Positions 9,975-20,060 are shown, counted from the first letter of the stretch. The stretch: 64,000 nucleotides of DNA from Spirochaetia bacterium (GCA_963666985.2 CAXXIA010000001.1:256001-320000), one strand, 5' to 3'. The notes: generated from the letters alone by a model not told the origin. Translations and numbers: made by a program.

Positions 9975-11348
9975 TTAGGAATTATCCAGCAGATTCCGAT
10001 TGCGCCATCCTCCGAAGCGGTAGCGGAGGAACATCGCGATGCCGAGTGAGAAAACGAATCCGATGAAGATGGACCACATTGGAATTGGAGCGATTTCAGC
10101 CGCTTTAACGGCGTACCAGGCAATGGGCGCGAAGATCCAGTGAAGACTGACTGAAATGAACATAACATATTTCGTGTCGCCGGCGCCTCTGAGCATCCCT
10201 GAGAAAACGACTTGCATCGCATCGGCAAGGACATAGATGGCCGCCATGCGGAGCATGATTTCAGCCAAAGATCGGGTTGCCTCCGGTACGGGATTCGAAA
10301 GCGGCAGGAACAGAGCGACCAGGGGTTTCGCGGCGGTTGCCAATAGGATAATCATGGATGCCGCATAACCCAAGGCGACAAGAAGCGTTAAACGCAGGGA
10401 TTTTTCGGCGGCCGGAATGTTGCGCGCGCCGACATAGCGGCCGCTTAAGGTTGTGGCCGCCAATCCCAATCCCAGCATGGGAACAAAGATCACCGTGTCG
10501 TAATTAAAGGCGATTGTAACCGCCGTGGCCGTATCGGGACCGTAAGAGTTCATGAGCTGTACGAAAAAGTTGAAGACGGCGACATTCAGAAATGATTCAA
10601 GGCCGGCCGGCGATCCGTATTCCAGCAGCAGCTTCATCAAACGTCCGTCGAAACGGAGTTCCTTATGGGTGGAATATTCGCTTCTGTAGCGGGGCGAGAG
10701 ATAAACCCCGAGCAGAATGAACATGATGGAGCCCGAGCCCACAAGAGTCCCGATGGCGGCGCCGCTCATCCCCAGGGCAGGAAGTCCGAACTTCCCGAAG
10801 ACAAGAATCCAATTGGCCGGGATGTTGATGAACATCCCGATGATGTTCGCACTCATCACCACGCGGGTTCGGCCAAGCCCGATGAAGAACCCGGCCAGAG
10901 CCATCTTCATCAGAGCGAAAACGGAACCGAACATAACAATGCGGAAATATCCGTGTTCCAATCCGATGAGTTCCGGAGTATGGCCCATGGCCTGGAAATA
11001 CAGCTTGATGAGCGGAATGGTGAGAATAACGATGGGCCAGGCGAAAAAGGCCAGCCGGGCGGATTGGGCGGTTGCCCGGGCGCAATTCGGCTTGTTTCCC
11101 GCGCCGTCGTTCTGCGCGACAACGGCGTTTACGTAGCCGATGATTCCGAGAAACAGCGACATCACCGTGTAGCTGGTCAGTCCGCCGCTCATGGCTCCCG
11201 CGATGTGCAGAGGGGTAAGCCTTGAGACGAACAGGCGGTCCACGAACATCATCACGGTTTCCGAGGCCTGGCTCACCACGATCGGCAGGGCGATGGAGAT
11301 GATATCGCCGAGGCGGGGATGGGCGCCGGAATGGGATTCGCCGTTCAT
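9975..11348 (-). CDS. MATE family efflux transporter
   Basis: About 12 TM segments, with ALPIVVSQ, FVDRLFVS, FGKFGLPALGMSGAAIGT and GMLRGAGDTK. Start chosen at ATG 11348 (MNGESH) to avoid overlap with the divergent gene. Confidence 0.92.
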   Translation of the reverse strand: MNGESHSGAHPRLGDIISIALPIVVSQASETVMMFVDRLFVSRLTPLHIAGAMSGGLTSYTVMSLFLGIIGYVNAVVAQNDGAGNKPNCARATAQSARLAFFAWPIVILTIPLIKLYFQAMGHTPELIGLEHGYFRIVMFGSVFALMKMALAGFFIGLGRTRVVMSANIIGMFINIPANWILVFGKFGLPALGMSGAAIGTLVGSGSIMFILLGVYLSPRYRSEYSTHKELRFDGRLMKLLLEYGSPAGLESFLNVAVFNFFVQLMNSYGPDTATAVTIAFNYDTVIFVPMLGLGLAATTLSGRYVGARNIPAAEKSLRLTLLVALGYAASMIILLATAAKPLVALFLPLSNPVPEATRSLAEIMLRMAAIYVLADAMQVVFSGMLRGAGDTKYVMFISVSLHWIFAPIAWYAVKAAEIAPIPMWSIFIGFVFSLGIAMFLRYRFGGWRNRNLLDNS

Positions 11349-11508
11349 GGTCCGGCGATGATAGAGGTTTGAGGAGGCTTTTGGAAGGGGATGATCCCGA
11401 AGGCGGTTTTGAATCGCGTTGAAGAGGCCGCCGCTTGTTGACTGTGTATGGATTATTCGCCGCAATTGGGGAGTGGATTCCCGGCCGATCAATGATATTC
11501 TGATTTCC

Positions 11509-14500
11509 ATGACTCGGCGTATCATCGGCATCCTTCTCTTTTTAGTTTTCGCAGGTGAAGTCCTGATTGCTTTTCACGGGGATTATTCGTTTACCCGAAA
11601 ACCGTCTCTCATTGTTGCTCCCATTTACGCTCCGGGATTGGAAGCACGGGATGTGGATGAAATCCGCTCGGTTTTGGAGAGGCAAATCGCGCTTACCGGA
11701 ACGCACACGATTTATCCGAAATCGCTCATCGAGAATTTTTATTTGGAGAGGGACAACACCGTCGACGCTTTCGACGGTGTTTTTGTCGGTCATGATGAAG
11801 CTTTGGAACTGGGCGAAGCTCTCGGCGTGGAGCGCGTCGCCCTTGTTTCCATCATCAGGTATTCGGATCGGTGGAATGTTTCCATTACCATTTTTGATGT
11901 CGCGACCGATCAGAAGGTCTGTTTCGCCGTTTTGGAAACCTCAGGACTTGATTCTCTTTTGCGCTGGAGGGATCGGGATGATGCGCCGCTTGATCTTCTT
12001 TCGGCCATGGATATTTCGGTTCCCGGTTTCAGCATAAGCGCCAAGCTGTATTTGGGATGGCTGGCGATAGTTCTATGCATCGCCGCTTTTTTTATTTTGG
12101 GAGACACACCGCCGCGTATTCTCCTCGAGTGTTTGATTGCCGTCGGGGTTCTTTTGGCATTGTTCTCGTGGATTTACGCGCTGAACGGGGATATGGATTA
12201 CGTGCAGCGGTTCGTCGCGACCAGCGGACTGCTCCGAATTGAAGATACCTCTCATGAGCGAATCGCGACGGTTCTGCGTTACGCGGCGCCTCTGCTGCTG
12301 CTCGGCGCTTTGTGGGGGCTTGACGCGCGGGAACGGATTAAGCGGCGGCCGGCGGCCGGCGGCGGGGGAGTCGGAACGGGCGGCGGCACAGGTCTCGGCG
12401 GCGGGCTTCCGAGCGGGGAGGCTGCGTCGGACCGACCGGGGAAGCGACGGAACGCGGCCGCGGCTTCCGGGGTCATCCTGGAAACAACGGCGCCTCTCTG
12501 GGCCGCTTTGTCGGCTTTTCTTTATTCCCTCGCGCTTCCGAATTTTCTCGTTTTGGAAGGAATCCCCGTGCTGGCGTGGGTTGCGACGGCGCCGCTTTAT
12601 ATGGCTCTCAGAGAGGTGCGCTTCGGCCGGGGCGTGTTTTTGCTGATGCTGTTTACGGGTTTGCAGTCCCTGATGATCAATTGGTGGCAGGGGACTTTCA
12701 GTTATGTTTCTCTGCCCTTTACCGTAGCCCTGATGTTGGTTCAATACATTCCGTTTGCGCTGCTTCTGGCCATGACCGTGCGGTGTTTTCCCGCATTCGG
12801 CCTGTTGGCGGCTCCTTTGTTCTGGACGATGTTCGACTGGACGCGGTCTTTGGGCTTTCTCGGATATCCCTGGGGTTTATTGGGTGTGAGTCAGTACGCG
12901 CATCCGGCGCTGATTCAGAGCGCGGCGCTGGGCGGGGTATGGATGGTTTCGGTTTTGCCTCATCTGACGGGCGCGGCTTTGGCGGCGGCTTTGGGCCCCG
13001 GAAAGACTTCGCGGGGGACGATTCCGTCCGAGATGAAGAGGGGCATGAGCTTGCGGTCCGTACAGGAAAGAGTGAAGTGCGCTATTAATGGAAGGCCTTT
13101 GTTCCATGCGGTTCATTCGCCCCGCCGAACGGCTGCTTCTGAGGAAACGGCTGCTTTGCCGCGCCGCCATCGGACCGTTCCGGATGAAAAAGGTCTCCTG
13201 CCGCGCCCTCTTATACGGCCGGGCAAGGATGGCCCGTTTCTTCGCCGCCTCATTCTTCCGGGTGCGGCCCTTGTGGTTCTTCTTCTGATCGCTCTGGCCG
13301 GTTCCCTGACCATACGAATCAGAGATGCGCGAAAAGAGGTTCTCGCGGCGCACGGCGGCCGGACGGTCCGTATTTTGGCCGTTCAGCAGAATACCGATCC
13401 GCGCAAGCACGATTATCAGCTCAGTTTTGATGAACTCTCCAGGCTAACCGAAGAAGCCATCGCCGAAGAAGGCCCCTTCGACCTTGTGGCCTGGCCCGAG
13501 AGCGGCTTTACTCCCGATGTGCGGTTCTGGCTGGATGAAAAGCGAAGCCGCTGGAGACGCGGAAAACTCGTCCGCTCTTTTCTTGATTGGCAGGCCGAAA
13601 CGGAAGTGCCGCTTGTTACGGGCACGCAGGATCATTTCTTTGAAAAGGCGGCATCGGATAAGGGGGAACTTCAAACGCCGTCTCGGAACGGATCGGCGGG
13701 GAATCGGAAAGCTTCGACCGATCCGGCGGGATCCGCCGAACCGGAGATCGCCTCGGACAAATCGGCCGCATTGAAGAACGCCGCGGAACCCTCATCGGCC
13801 GATTTGCCGACCGTATCGGACGCCGCCAAAGCCTCGGAGGTTCCTTCCGAAACACCCCCGGCCGGCCTCGTCGATCCCGCCGCGGCAAAGAACGTCTCGG
13901 TCGAAACCGAGCCGCCCGAAGAGATTAAAAGAATCCAGAATTCAGCGATGTATCTCCCGCCGCACCGCAAAAGCGATAACGAGCGGCAGTATTATTATAA
14001 AATCCATCTGGTACCCTTCACCGAGAACTTTCCCTTTCGGGAAGAATTCCCCTGGGTGGCCGAACTGCTGCATAACTTCAGCACCACCCAATGGACCCCG
14101 GGCACCGAACACATCGTTTTTCAGGCGCCCGCGTTCCGGTTTTCCACTCCCATCTGTTTCGAAGACGTTTTCCCCGACCATCTCAGACGTTTCGCGCGTT
14201 CAGGCGCGGAGGTTTTCGTGAACATGAGCAACGACTACTGGGCCAACACGCCGCTTGAAGGATACCAGCATGCCGCTCACGCCGTATTCAGGACCGTGGA
14301 GAATCGCCGCCCGCTCATTCGCGCCACCTGTTCCGGCTGGACCATTTCGGTGGACACCGAAGGCCGAATCGCACCGGACCGGCCGGACTTCTATACGCCG
14401 GGCCGAATTTCAGCGGACTTCCTTCTGCCCTCAGAACCGGAACTCACCCTCTACGGACGCTGGGGCGACTGGTTCCCCATCCTCTGCGGTGTTCTTTGGC

Positions 14501-16458
14501 TTTTTTTGCTGATCTTTGAGGCCCTTCTAAGAGGGGCCAAGCGCCGGGATAAAGCGGGGTCCGTAGGAGTGATTTTCGGGGCCGACCCCGCCGGCGCGGA
14601 TTTCGGCGGCATCCTATCCGGAGGTTCCGATCACTTCCATCCCGAGGTTGATTCCGCTGTCGCGCGGAGCACAACAGTCAGCGGGGAGTCTTCTGAAAAC
14701 TTTCCCGAGACCGGCATCAATCGATCCTCCTCGGGCATCGGCGAAGCTTCCCTCAAAACCGCCGATGAGCGTGATGCCGACCAGAGCGCCGCCCAGACCA
14801 TCGCCCAAACCGCCGATGAGCGCCTCTGGTGGAAACACGGAGTTCTCTACCAAATCTACCCGCGCAGTTTCTCGGATTCCGACGGCGACGGCATCGGCGA
14901 TCTTGCCGGACTGACGGACAAGCTTGATTATCTGCGGAATCTCGGCGTGGACGGCCTTTGGCTTTCGCCGATTTATCCGTCGCCTATGGCCGATTTCGGC
15001 TACGACATCAGCGATTACCGCGGTATCGACCCCGTGTTCGGCGATCTTGAGGATTTCCGAATCCTGGTGGAAGAAGCCCATCGGCGGGGCATCCGGATGA
15101 TTATGGACATGGTCTTCAATCATTCTTCCGACCGTCATCCCTGGTTTCTGGAATCCCGATCTTCAAAGGCATCGCCGAAACGCGATTGGTATGTCTGGCA
15201 TCCGGGCCGGCCCTCACGGAGCAAAGGCGGGCGGCCGCGGCTTCCCAACAACTGGAGGGGCGCTTTCGGCGGGCCGGCCTGGAGCTGGGATGAAAACACC
15301 GGCGAGTATTACCTTCATTCCTTCCTGCCCGAACAGCCCGATTTAAACTGGCATAATCCCGAGGTACGGGAAGAACTCTATAACGTTCTGCGATTCTGGA
15401 TGGAAATCGGCGTCGACGGTTTCCGCTTCGACGTGATCAATTACATCGCCAAAGATCGGCAATTTCGAAACAACCCGTACCGGATTCATAAGGCTCTGCC
15501 CCGGCGCTTTGAACAGCAGGATCATATTTTCGACCGCTGCAGGCCGGAGTCGCATCTGTACCTGAAGGAACTGCGGAAGGTTCTTGATGAGTACCCCGAA
15601 AGGATGAGTATCGGCGAGGTGTTTCCCAACGAAGGGATTATTGATCAGAAAGCGAGCGCGGCTTATCTCGGGAATGCGGAGTCCGATGGTGAGAAAGAGC
15701 TTCACATGGCCTTTGATTTTTCGCCGAATTTCGCACCGTGGAGCGCATCGTATTTCGCCCGCATCCTCGGCAGACAGTACGAAGCGCTGGAGGCAAAAGG
15801 CTGGCCGGTTCATGTTCTTTCCAATCATGATCAATCACGTTCCGCCGCACGTCTGGCCAAAGGAAATCCTGAAAAAATAAAATTGCTTCTGACTTTGCTG
15901 CTCACCCAGCGCGGTACGCCGTTTCTCTACTATGGAGAGGAAATCGGCATGACCGACGTGAAAATTCCTCGTGCCGCGCTTCAGGACCCGGTGGGCATCA
16001 AGTTCTGGCCTTTTCATCCGGGCCGCGACCCGGAGAGGACGCCGATGCAGTGGAACGGAGAGGAACGGGCCGGTTTTACCGATGGGAAACCCTGGCTGCC
16101 GATTCCGGAATCCGCGCGCTGCGTGAACGTTGGCGCACAAGAAAATGATCCGGATTCCATCCTCTCTCATACCCGCTCCCTTATTGCTCTAAGGCGGGAG
16201 AGAGCGTCGCTGAATCGGGGAAGCTGGGAACTCCTTCCCTCTCCGCGGGGCGTTTTGGCCTACCGGAGAAAGCGCGGAGAAGAAGAGACGACTGTTTATT
16301 TGAACTTCTCCCGGAGAACCAGGATTGTTTCCGTTCCCGAAAAAGCGGAAATAATTTTCAGCAGTGCGTCAACATCCTTCAAGTCCGATATATCAGATGG
16401 CATGATGCGCCTGTGTGGTTTTCAAGCGGTCCTTTTAGTATTGAAAAAGCCATCGTAA
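11509..16458 (+). CDS. lnt: Fusion protein: periplasmic CsgG/TolB-N-like domain + apolipoprotein N-acyltransferase (Lnt) + GH13 alpha-glucosidase
   Basis: One uninterrupted ORF. Lnt part: GYPWGLLGVSQ, catalytic WPES / YYKIHLVPF / PICFED, NMSNDYW, RTVENRRPLIRA, TLYGRWGDW. GH13 part: YQIYPRSFSDSDGDGIGDL, DMVFNH, GFRFDV, IGEV, LSNHD, GRDPERTPMQW. Start at ATG 11509 precedes a signal/TM segment. Confidence 0.9.
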   Translation: MTRRIIGILLFLVFAGEVLIAFHGDYSFTRKPSLIVAPIYAPGLEARDVDEIRSVLERQIALTGTHTIYPKSLIENFYLERDNTVDAFDGVFVGHDEALELGEALGVERVALVSIIRYSDRWNVSITIFDVATDQKVCFAVLETSGLDSLLRWRDRDDAPLDLLSAMDISVPGFSISAKLYLGWLAIVLCIAAFFILGDTPPRILLECLIAVGVLLALFSWIYALNGDMDYVQRFVATSGLLRIEDTSHERIATVLRYAAPLLLLGALWGLDARERIKRRPAAGGGGVGTGGGTGLGGGLPSGEAASDRPGKRRNAAAASGVILETTAPLWAALSAFLYSLALPNFLVLEGIPVLAWVATAPLYMALREVRFGRGVFLLMLFTGLQSLMINWWQGTFSYVSLPFTVALMLVQYIPFALLLAMTVRCFPAFGLLAAPLFWTMFDWTRSLGFLGYPWGLLGVSQYAHPALIQSAALGGVWMVSVLPHLTGAALAAALGPGKTSRGTIPSEMKRGMSLRSVQERVKCAINGRPLFHAVHSPRRTAASEETAALPRRHRTVPDEKGLLPRPLIRPGKDGPFLRRLILPGAALVVLLLIALAGSLTIRIRDARKEVLAAHGGRTVRILAVQQNTDPRKHDYQLSFDELSRLTEEAIAEEGPFDLVAWPESGFTPDVRFWLDEKRSRWRRGKLVRSFLDWQAETEVPLVTGTQDHFFEKAASDKGELQTPSRNGSAGNRKASTDPAGSAEPEIASDKSAALKNAAEPSSADLPTVSDAAKASEVPSETPPAGLVDPAAAKNVSVETEPPEEIKRIQNSAMYLPPHRKSDNERQYYYKIHLVPFTENFPFREEFPWVAELLHNFSTTQWTPGTEHIVFQAPAFRFSTPICFEDVFPDHLRRFARSGAEVFVNMSNDYWANTPLEGYQHAAHAVFRTVENRRPLIRATCSGWTISVDTEGRIAPDRPDFYTPGRISADFLLPSEPELTLYGRWGDWFPILCGVLWLFLLIFEALLRGAKRRDKAGSVGVIFGADPAGADFGGILSGGSDHFHPEVDSAVARSTTVSGESSENFPETGINRSSSGIGEASLKTADERDADQSAAQTIAQTADERLWWKHGVLYQIYPRSFSDSDGDGIGDLAGLTDKLDYLRNLGVDGLWLSPIYPSPMADFGYDISDYRGIDPVFGDLEDFRILVEEAHRRGIRMIMDMVFNHSSDRHPWFLESRSSKASPKRDWYVWHPGRPSRSKGGRPRLPNNWRGAFGGPAWSWDENTGEYYLHSFLPEQPDLNWHNPEVREELYNVLRFWMEIGVDGFRFDVINYIAKDRQFRNNPYRIHKALPRRFEQQDHIFDRCRPESHLYLKELRKVLDEYPERMSIGEVFPNEGIIDQKASAAYLGNAESDGEKELHMAFDFSPNFAPWSASYFARILGRQYEALEAKGWPVHVLSNHDQSRSAARLAKGNPEKIKLLLTLLLTQRGTPFLYYGEEIGMTDVKIPRAALQDPVGIKFWPFHPGRDPERTPMQWNGEERAGFTDGKPWLPIPESARCVNVGAQENDPDSILSHTRSLIALRRERASLNRGSWELLPSPRGVLAYRRKRGEEETTVYLNFSRRTRIVSVPEKAEIIFSSASTSFKSDISDGMMRLCGFQAVLLVLKKPS
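14756..14822 (+). repeat. 16-bp direct repeat in the Lnt-GH13 linker
   Basis: AAACCGCCGATGAGCG at 14756-14771 and 14807-14822, 51 nt apart and in frame (encodes TADER twice). Confidence 0.8.
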
Positions 16459-16695
16459 TGTTGTCTTTTGAACGCTTTTCCTTAAGAGATTAGTAATTAT
16501 TTATCCGAATAAGGATTAGACAATTATTCCTTCCAATGAAGGTGTCGCTTTGCATAAAACGATCACCAAAAACACACAATAACTCCAGAACCAGCATTGA
16601 ATTCCATGGAACCCGGACTAAAAATTAATGTGCGGGGAATTCTCTTTCTCGGCCCCATCCCATTTGGCCGCGGAAATTTGAACTGAAGGGACAGC

Positions 16696-19122
16696 ATGGC
16701 GGAAAACACTATTGTCACACGATCTAAAGAACGACAGATTCTCATTACGGTGCTTTTGGGAGTACTTTCCATAGGCTCATCGCTCTATATCGTGTTCTCT
16801 TATTTTAAATCTGTCGATACTCATATCGAGAAAATCGCGGAGAGCTCTCTGATAGGATCGTCTAAGAAAATCGACGATTGGCTTTACTCAAAGCAGAACA
16901 GTATCGATCTTATCGCAAAGAGCATCAGTTTTTTCTCCGACGATCCCGAAAGGCTGCAGCCGCTTCTGCAGATTGTCAGACAGGAAGATAAAGATTTTAT
17001 CGACATTTTCTACGGAACCGCCGCTTCTCCGAAGGATAAGGGATTTGCGGTTTACGCGACAAATTGGGTAATTCCCGAAGACTACGACTGGACGACGAGG
17101 ACATGGTTCAGAGAAGCCGTCCAAAACGGTACTTTAACCGTTATTCCTCCTTATAAGGATCTGCAGACCGGAAAGATCATCATTTCCATTTCAAAACCCG
17201 TAGCGATTAACGGACGGTTCTCCGGCGTTATTTCATCCGATATTTCAACGGATATTGTTTTGGAGATTATCCAGAATCTCTACACGGCGAATGACACATT
17301 TTTCGAATTGGTGGATGCTGAGGGACATTACCTTACAAACAACGGGTACGGAAGCTCGGCCGGATCGGATCTCTTCGATTTCGATCGGCTGGGTGAGAAT
17401 AAGGATCGGATTCTTGCCGGCGGCTTTCACATGAAATCTCGGCCGTTGAAGAACAGTTATACGGCCTATATAGGGCTCGAAAGTCTCGGATGGCTTGTTA
17501 TTGCCGACGGTTCCCTTTCAAGTTTCGAAAACGTTCGGGCAACAATGCTTCGCTTTCTGCTGGTTCTGCTGTTCATAGCGGGTTTGTTTATCTTTATGCT
17601 GCTTAGAACATGGAAAGTTAACGAGCGGCTGATTATCGCAACCGAAGCCATTGAACGGGCGAACCGGGATTTGGAAAAAACGATTGATGAAAGAACGGCC
17701 TCCCTGCGGAACATTCTCGATGCCGCTGAAGAAGGCTTCTTAACTTTCGGCGAATCCTACATTATCGATCCAAGCTATTCTCAAGGATGCCTGGAGATTT
17801 TCGGCAAGGATATCAAAGGACTTTCGGTTCCTGATGTCCTGTTCCCGGGGAGGCAGGATACAATCGAGGAGTTCCGTCAGGGATTTGACTTGTATTTCCA
17901 GGGAAAATCGAAGTCGGACATTATTTTCGACCTGACGGAGAGGCGGACGGTTATCAAAGGCCGTCAAATCAGCATTAAGTACAAAGAAACCGCGAACAAT
18001 CGTATTCTCTGCATACTGGACGACATCACTCTGGAACTGGAAGTGGCGGAAAAAAATTGCAGAGAATCTGAAACACAGATGCGGATTTTACGGGCCATTC
18101 ATAATAAGCATTTTTTCGCCCAGTATTTGGAATCTGCGGACTCCTTATTTGAAAATCTGGAGGTTTACGCGGAGAATCATCCCGTCGATGAAGAAATGAA
18201 AGCGATTATGAGAGAAATCCATACCTTTAAAGGTGACGCGGGTTTCTTCGGTTTTGGGGAAACGCAAAACATTGCCCACGAATCCGAAACGCTGATAAGC
18301 GACAGCGTTCATTTATCTATGGATTTATCCTATAAGGAAATATTAATCCAACTGCGGAAGGCTTATTTAAAAGAATTAAAAACAATTACCGATACCATGG
18401 GAGAAAACTGGCTGGATGAATCAGGCGGAGTTATCCTTCCCCGTGAGGATTTTAAGAAGCTGTCGCTGTACCTTAAGAAAAAAGATCCCGATGATAAAAA
18501 ACTGCTGTTCTATCTCGATTCGTTCCGAAAAATATCGTTGTCGGAACTTTTTTCACGACTTCCGTTCGCCGCGTCGGTGGCTGCCGAACGGTTGGGTAAA
18601 AAAATCAAACCGATGAGCATCATCGGCGGGACGCTGAGGATTGTACCGGATCGATATTTACCGCTGGTCGAAGCATGTCTTCATATCGTCAATAACATGG
18701 TCGATCACGGAATTGAGTATCCCTACGAAAGAGAAGCTCTTCAGAACCCCCCCGAAGGGAACATCGAACTCATCATTACCATTGAGAAATCGTTGCTGGT
18801 TTTGGAATTCAGCGACGACGGAAGAGGACTGAATCCAAGGATTATCGAGCATACCGCAAAACGTAAGGGGCTTATCGACGAGAATAGAAAAATGCAGAAC
18901 GCGGAACTGTTCAATATTATTTTTAAAGACGGTTTTACGACGCGGGATGAAGCGTCGATGACATCAGGGCGGGGCATCGGTCTCGCCGCGGTTAAGAAGG
19001 TTGTGACTTCATTGAACGGAACTATTGAAGTTCGCTCAAAACTGGGGAAAGGCACCACATTCGAAATTGCCATTCCGATGACGACGAATAAGAAATCCAG
19101 TCAGCATAAGGAGAATACATGA
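16696..19122 (+). CDS. Membrane-bound CheA-like histidine kinase (TM-Cache-TM-PAS-like-Hpt-HATPase, no CheW domain)
   Basis: Cache motifs YDWTTRTWF and PPYKDLQTGK. Hpt REIHTFKGDAGFFG. CheA-type HIVNNMVDHGIE, DDGRGL and IFKDGFTT...SGRGIGL. The protein ends right after the ATPase domain. Confidence 0.88.
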   Translation: MAENTIVTRSKERQILITVLLGVLSIGSSLYIVFSYFKSVDTHIEKIAESSLIGSSKKIDDWLYSKQNSIDLIAKSISFFSDDPERLQPLLQIVRQEDKDFIDIFYGTAASPKDKGFAVYATNWVIPEDYDWTTRTWFREAVQNGTLTVIPPYKDLQTGKIIISISKPVAINGRFSGVISSDISTDIVLEIIQNLYTANDTFFELVDAEGHYLTNNGYGSSAGSDLFDFDRLGENKDRILAGGFHMKSRPLKNSYTAYIGLESLGWLVIADGSLSSFENVRATMLRFLLVLLFIAGLFIFMLLRTWKVNERLIIATEAIERANRDLEKTIDERTASLRNILDAAEEGFLTFGESYIIDPSYSQGCLEIFGKDIKGLSVPDVLFPGRQDTIEEFRQGFDLYFQGKSKSDIIFDLTERRTVIKGRQISIKYKETANNRILCILDDITLELEVAEKNCRESETQMRILRAIHNKHFFAQYLESADSLFENLEVYAENHPVDEEMKAIMREIHTFKGDAGFFGFGETQNIAHESETLISDSVHLSMDLSYKEILIQLRKAYLKELKTITDTMGENWLDESGGVILPREDFKKLSLYLKKKDPDDKKLLFYLDSFRKISLSELFSRLPFAASVAAERLGKKIKPMSIIGGTLRIVPDRYLPLVEACLHIVNNMVDHGIEYPYEREALQNPPEGNIELIITIEKSLLVLEFSDDGRGLNPRIIEHTAKRKGLIDENRKMQNAELFNIIFKDGFTTRDEASMTSGRGIGLAAVKKVVTSLNGTIEVRSKLGKGTTFEIAIPMTTNKKSSQHKENT

Positions 19123-19589
19123 AAGCACAATATGCCAATCCGTTTATCACGGCGGCGGTAAAAACGTTTAAACAAGAGCTTGGAGTCGATTTGGCTCGAA
19201 ATTCCATGAATGTGAAGAGTTCTCCGGTTCCTTCGAAGGCTCTTTCCATCATCATCGGTGTAACCGGGCTCGTGAAGGGACAAGTCGTTTATTCCATGGA
19301 TGAGAACGTCGCCCTCTCGGTAGCCAAGGCCATGCTTCCCGATCGATTGCCGGTCGAATTGAAGAAACATACCAACAGCGCGGTTTCGGAATTGGCTAAC
19401 ATCATAACCGGGCAGGCAAGTATCATACTTGCCGGAGAAACCGAACGGATTGATATTACGCCTCCGGCGGTGTTCAGCGGCGGGTCGTCGTTTATTGATT
19501 TTCTAACCATCCAAACGATATGTCTTTCCTTTCTTTCCGAAATCGGTTCGTTTGAAATCAATATCGCGCTCACGGAGGAGACCCTATGA
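19119..19589 (+). CDS. cheX: CheX-family phosphatase
   Basis: YANPFI, IIGVTG..KGQVVYSM, and catalytic ExxN in SELANIITG. ATGA overlap with the kinase. Confidence 0.9.
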   Translation: MKAQYANPFITAAVKTFKQELGVDLARNSMNVKSSPVPSKALSIIIGVTGLVKGQVVYSMDENVALSVAKAMLPDRLPVELKKHTNSAVSELANIITGQASIILAGETERIDITPPAVFSGGSSFIDFLTIQTICLSFLSEIGSFEINIALTEETL

Positions 19590-19942
19590 AAAGAGGATTG
19601 ATTGTCGATGATGCCGCGGTAATGAGAATGCGCTTACGCGACATCCTTTCTTCAAGATATATGATTGTTTCCGAAGCCGAGAACGGACGACAGGCTATAG
19701 AACGTTACAGACAATACAAGCCGGATTTCGTCACAATGGATATCTCAATGGCCGAAATGAACGGCATGGAAGCCCTCAAAGGCCTGCTCGCCGAATTCCC
19801 GGATGCCAAAATCGTCATGGTGAGTGCCGTAGGACAAAAGGCTCAAGTCTTCGAGGCTCTCAGCTGCGGAGCCAAGGACTTTATTATCAAACCTTTCGAG
19901 GTGGAAAGGGTTCTCATAGCGATAGACAGATTGTTCGGATGA
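19586..19942 (+). CDS. cheY: CheY-like single-domain response regulator
   Basis: IVDD, phospho-Asp in TMDISM, MVSA, IIKPF. ATGA overlap with cheX. Confidence 0.9.
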   Translation: MKRGLIVDDAAVMRMRLRDILSSRYMIVSEAENGRQAIERYRQYKPDFVTMDISMAEMNGMEALKGLLAEFPDAKIVMVSAVGQKAQVFEALSCGAKDFIIKPFEVERVLIAIDRLFG

Positions 19943-19962
19943 TTTCCCGACGGAAGGATTCT

Positions 19963-19991
19963 TTGAAGTAAAAAGTCTGCATTGGTATACT
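19963..19991 (+). promoter_or_regulatory. Sigma-70-type promoter for the HD-GYP gene
   Basis: TTGAAG-N17-TATACT with an extended -10 TG. Confidence 0.6.
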
Positions 19992-20060
19992 CTTTTTACA
20001 GTAGCTCTCCGCTTCCGGACTGCAAGAGCGAAGAATTCGAAAAAAGGGGTTGTCCCGGTT

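Noticed and set aside
11349..11531. Apparent overlap of the MATE and Lnt-fusion ORFs
   Set aside because: Artefact of longest-ORF starts. The likely starts at 11348 and 11509 leave a normal divergent promoter region.
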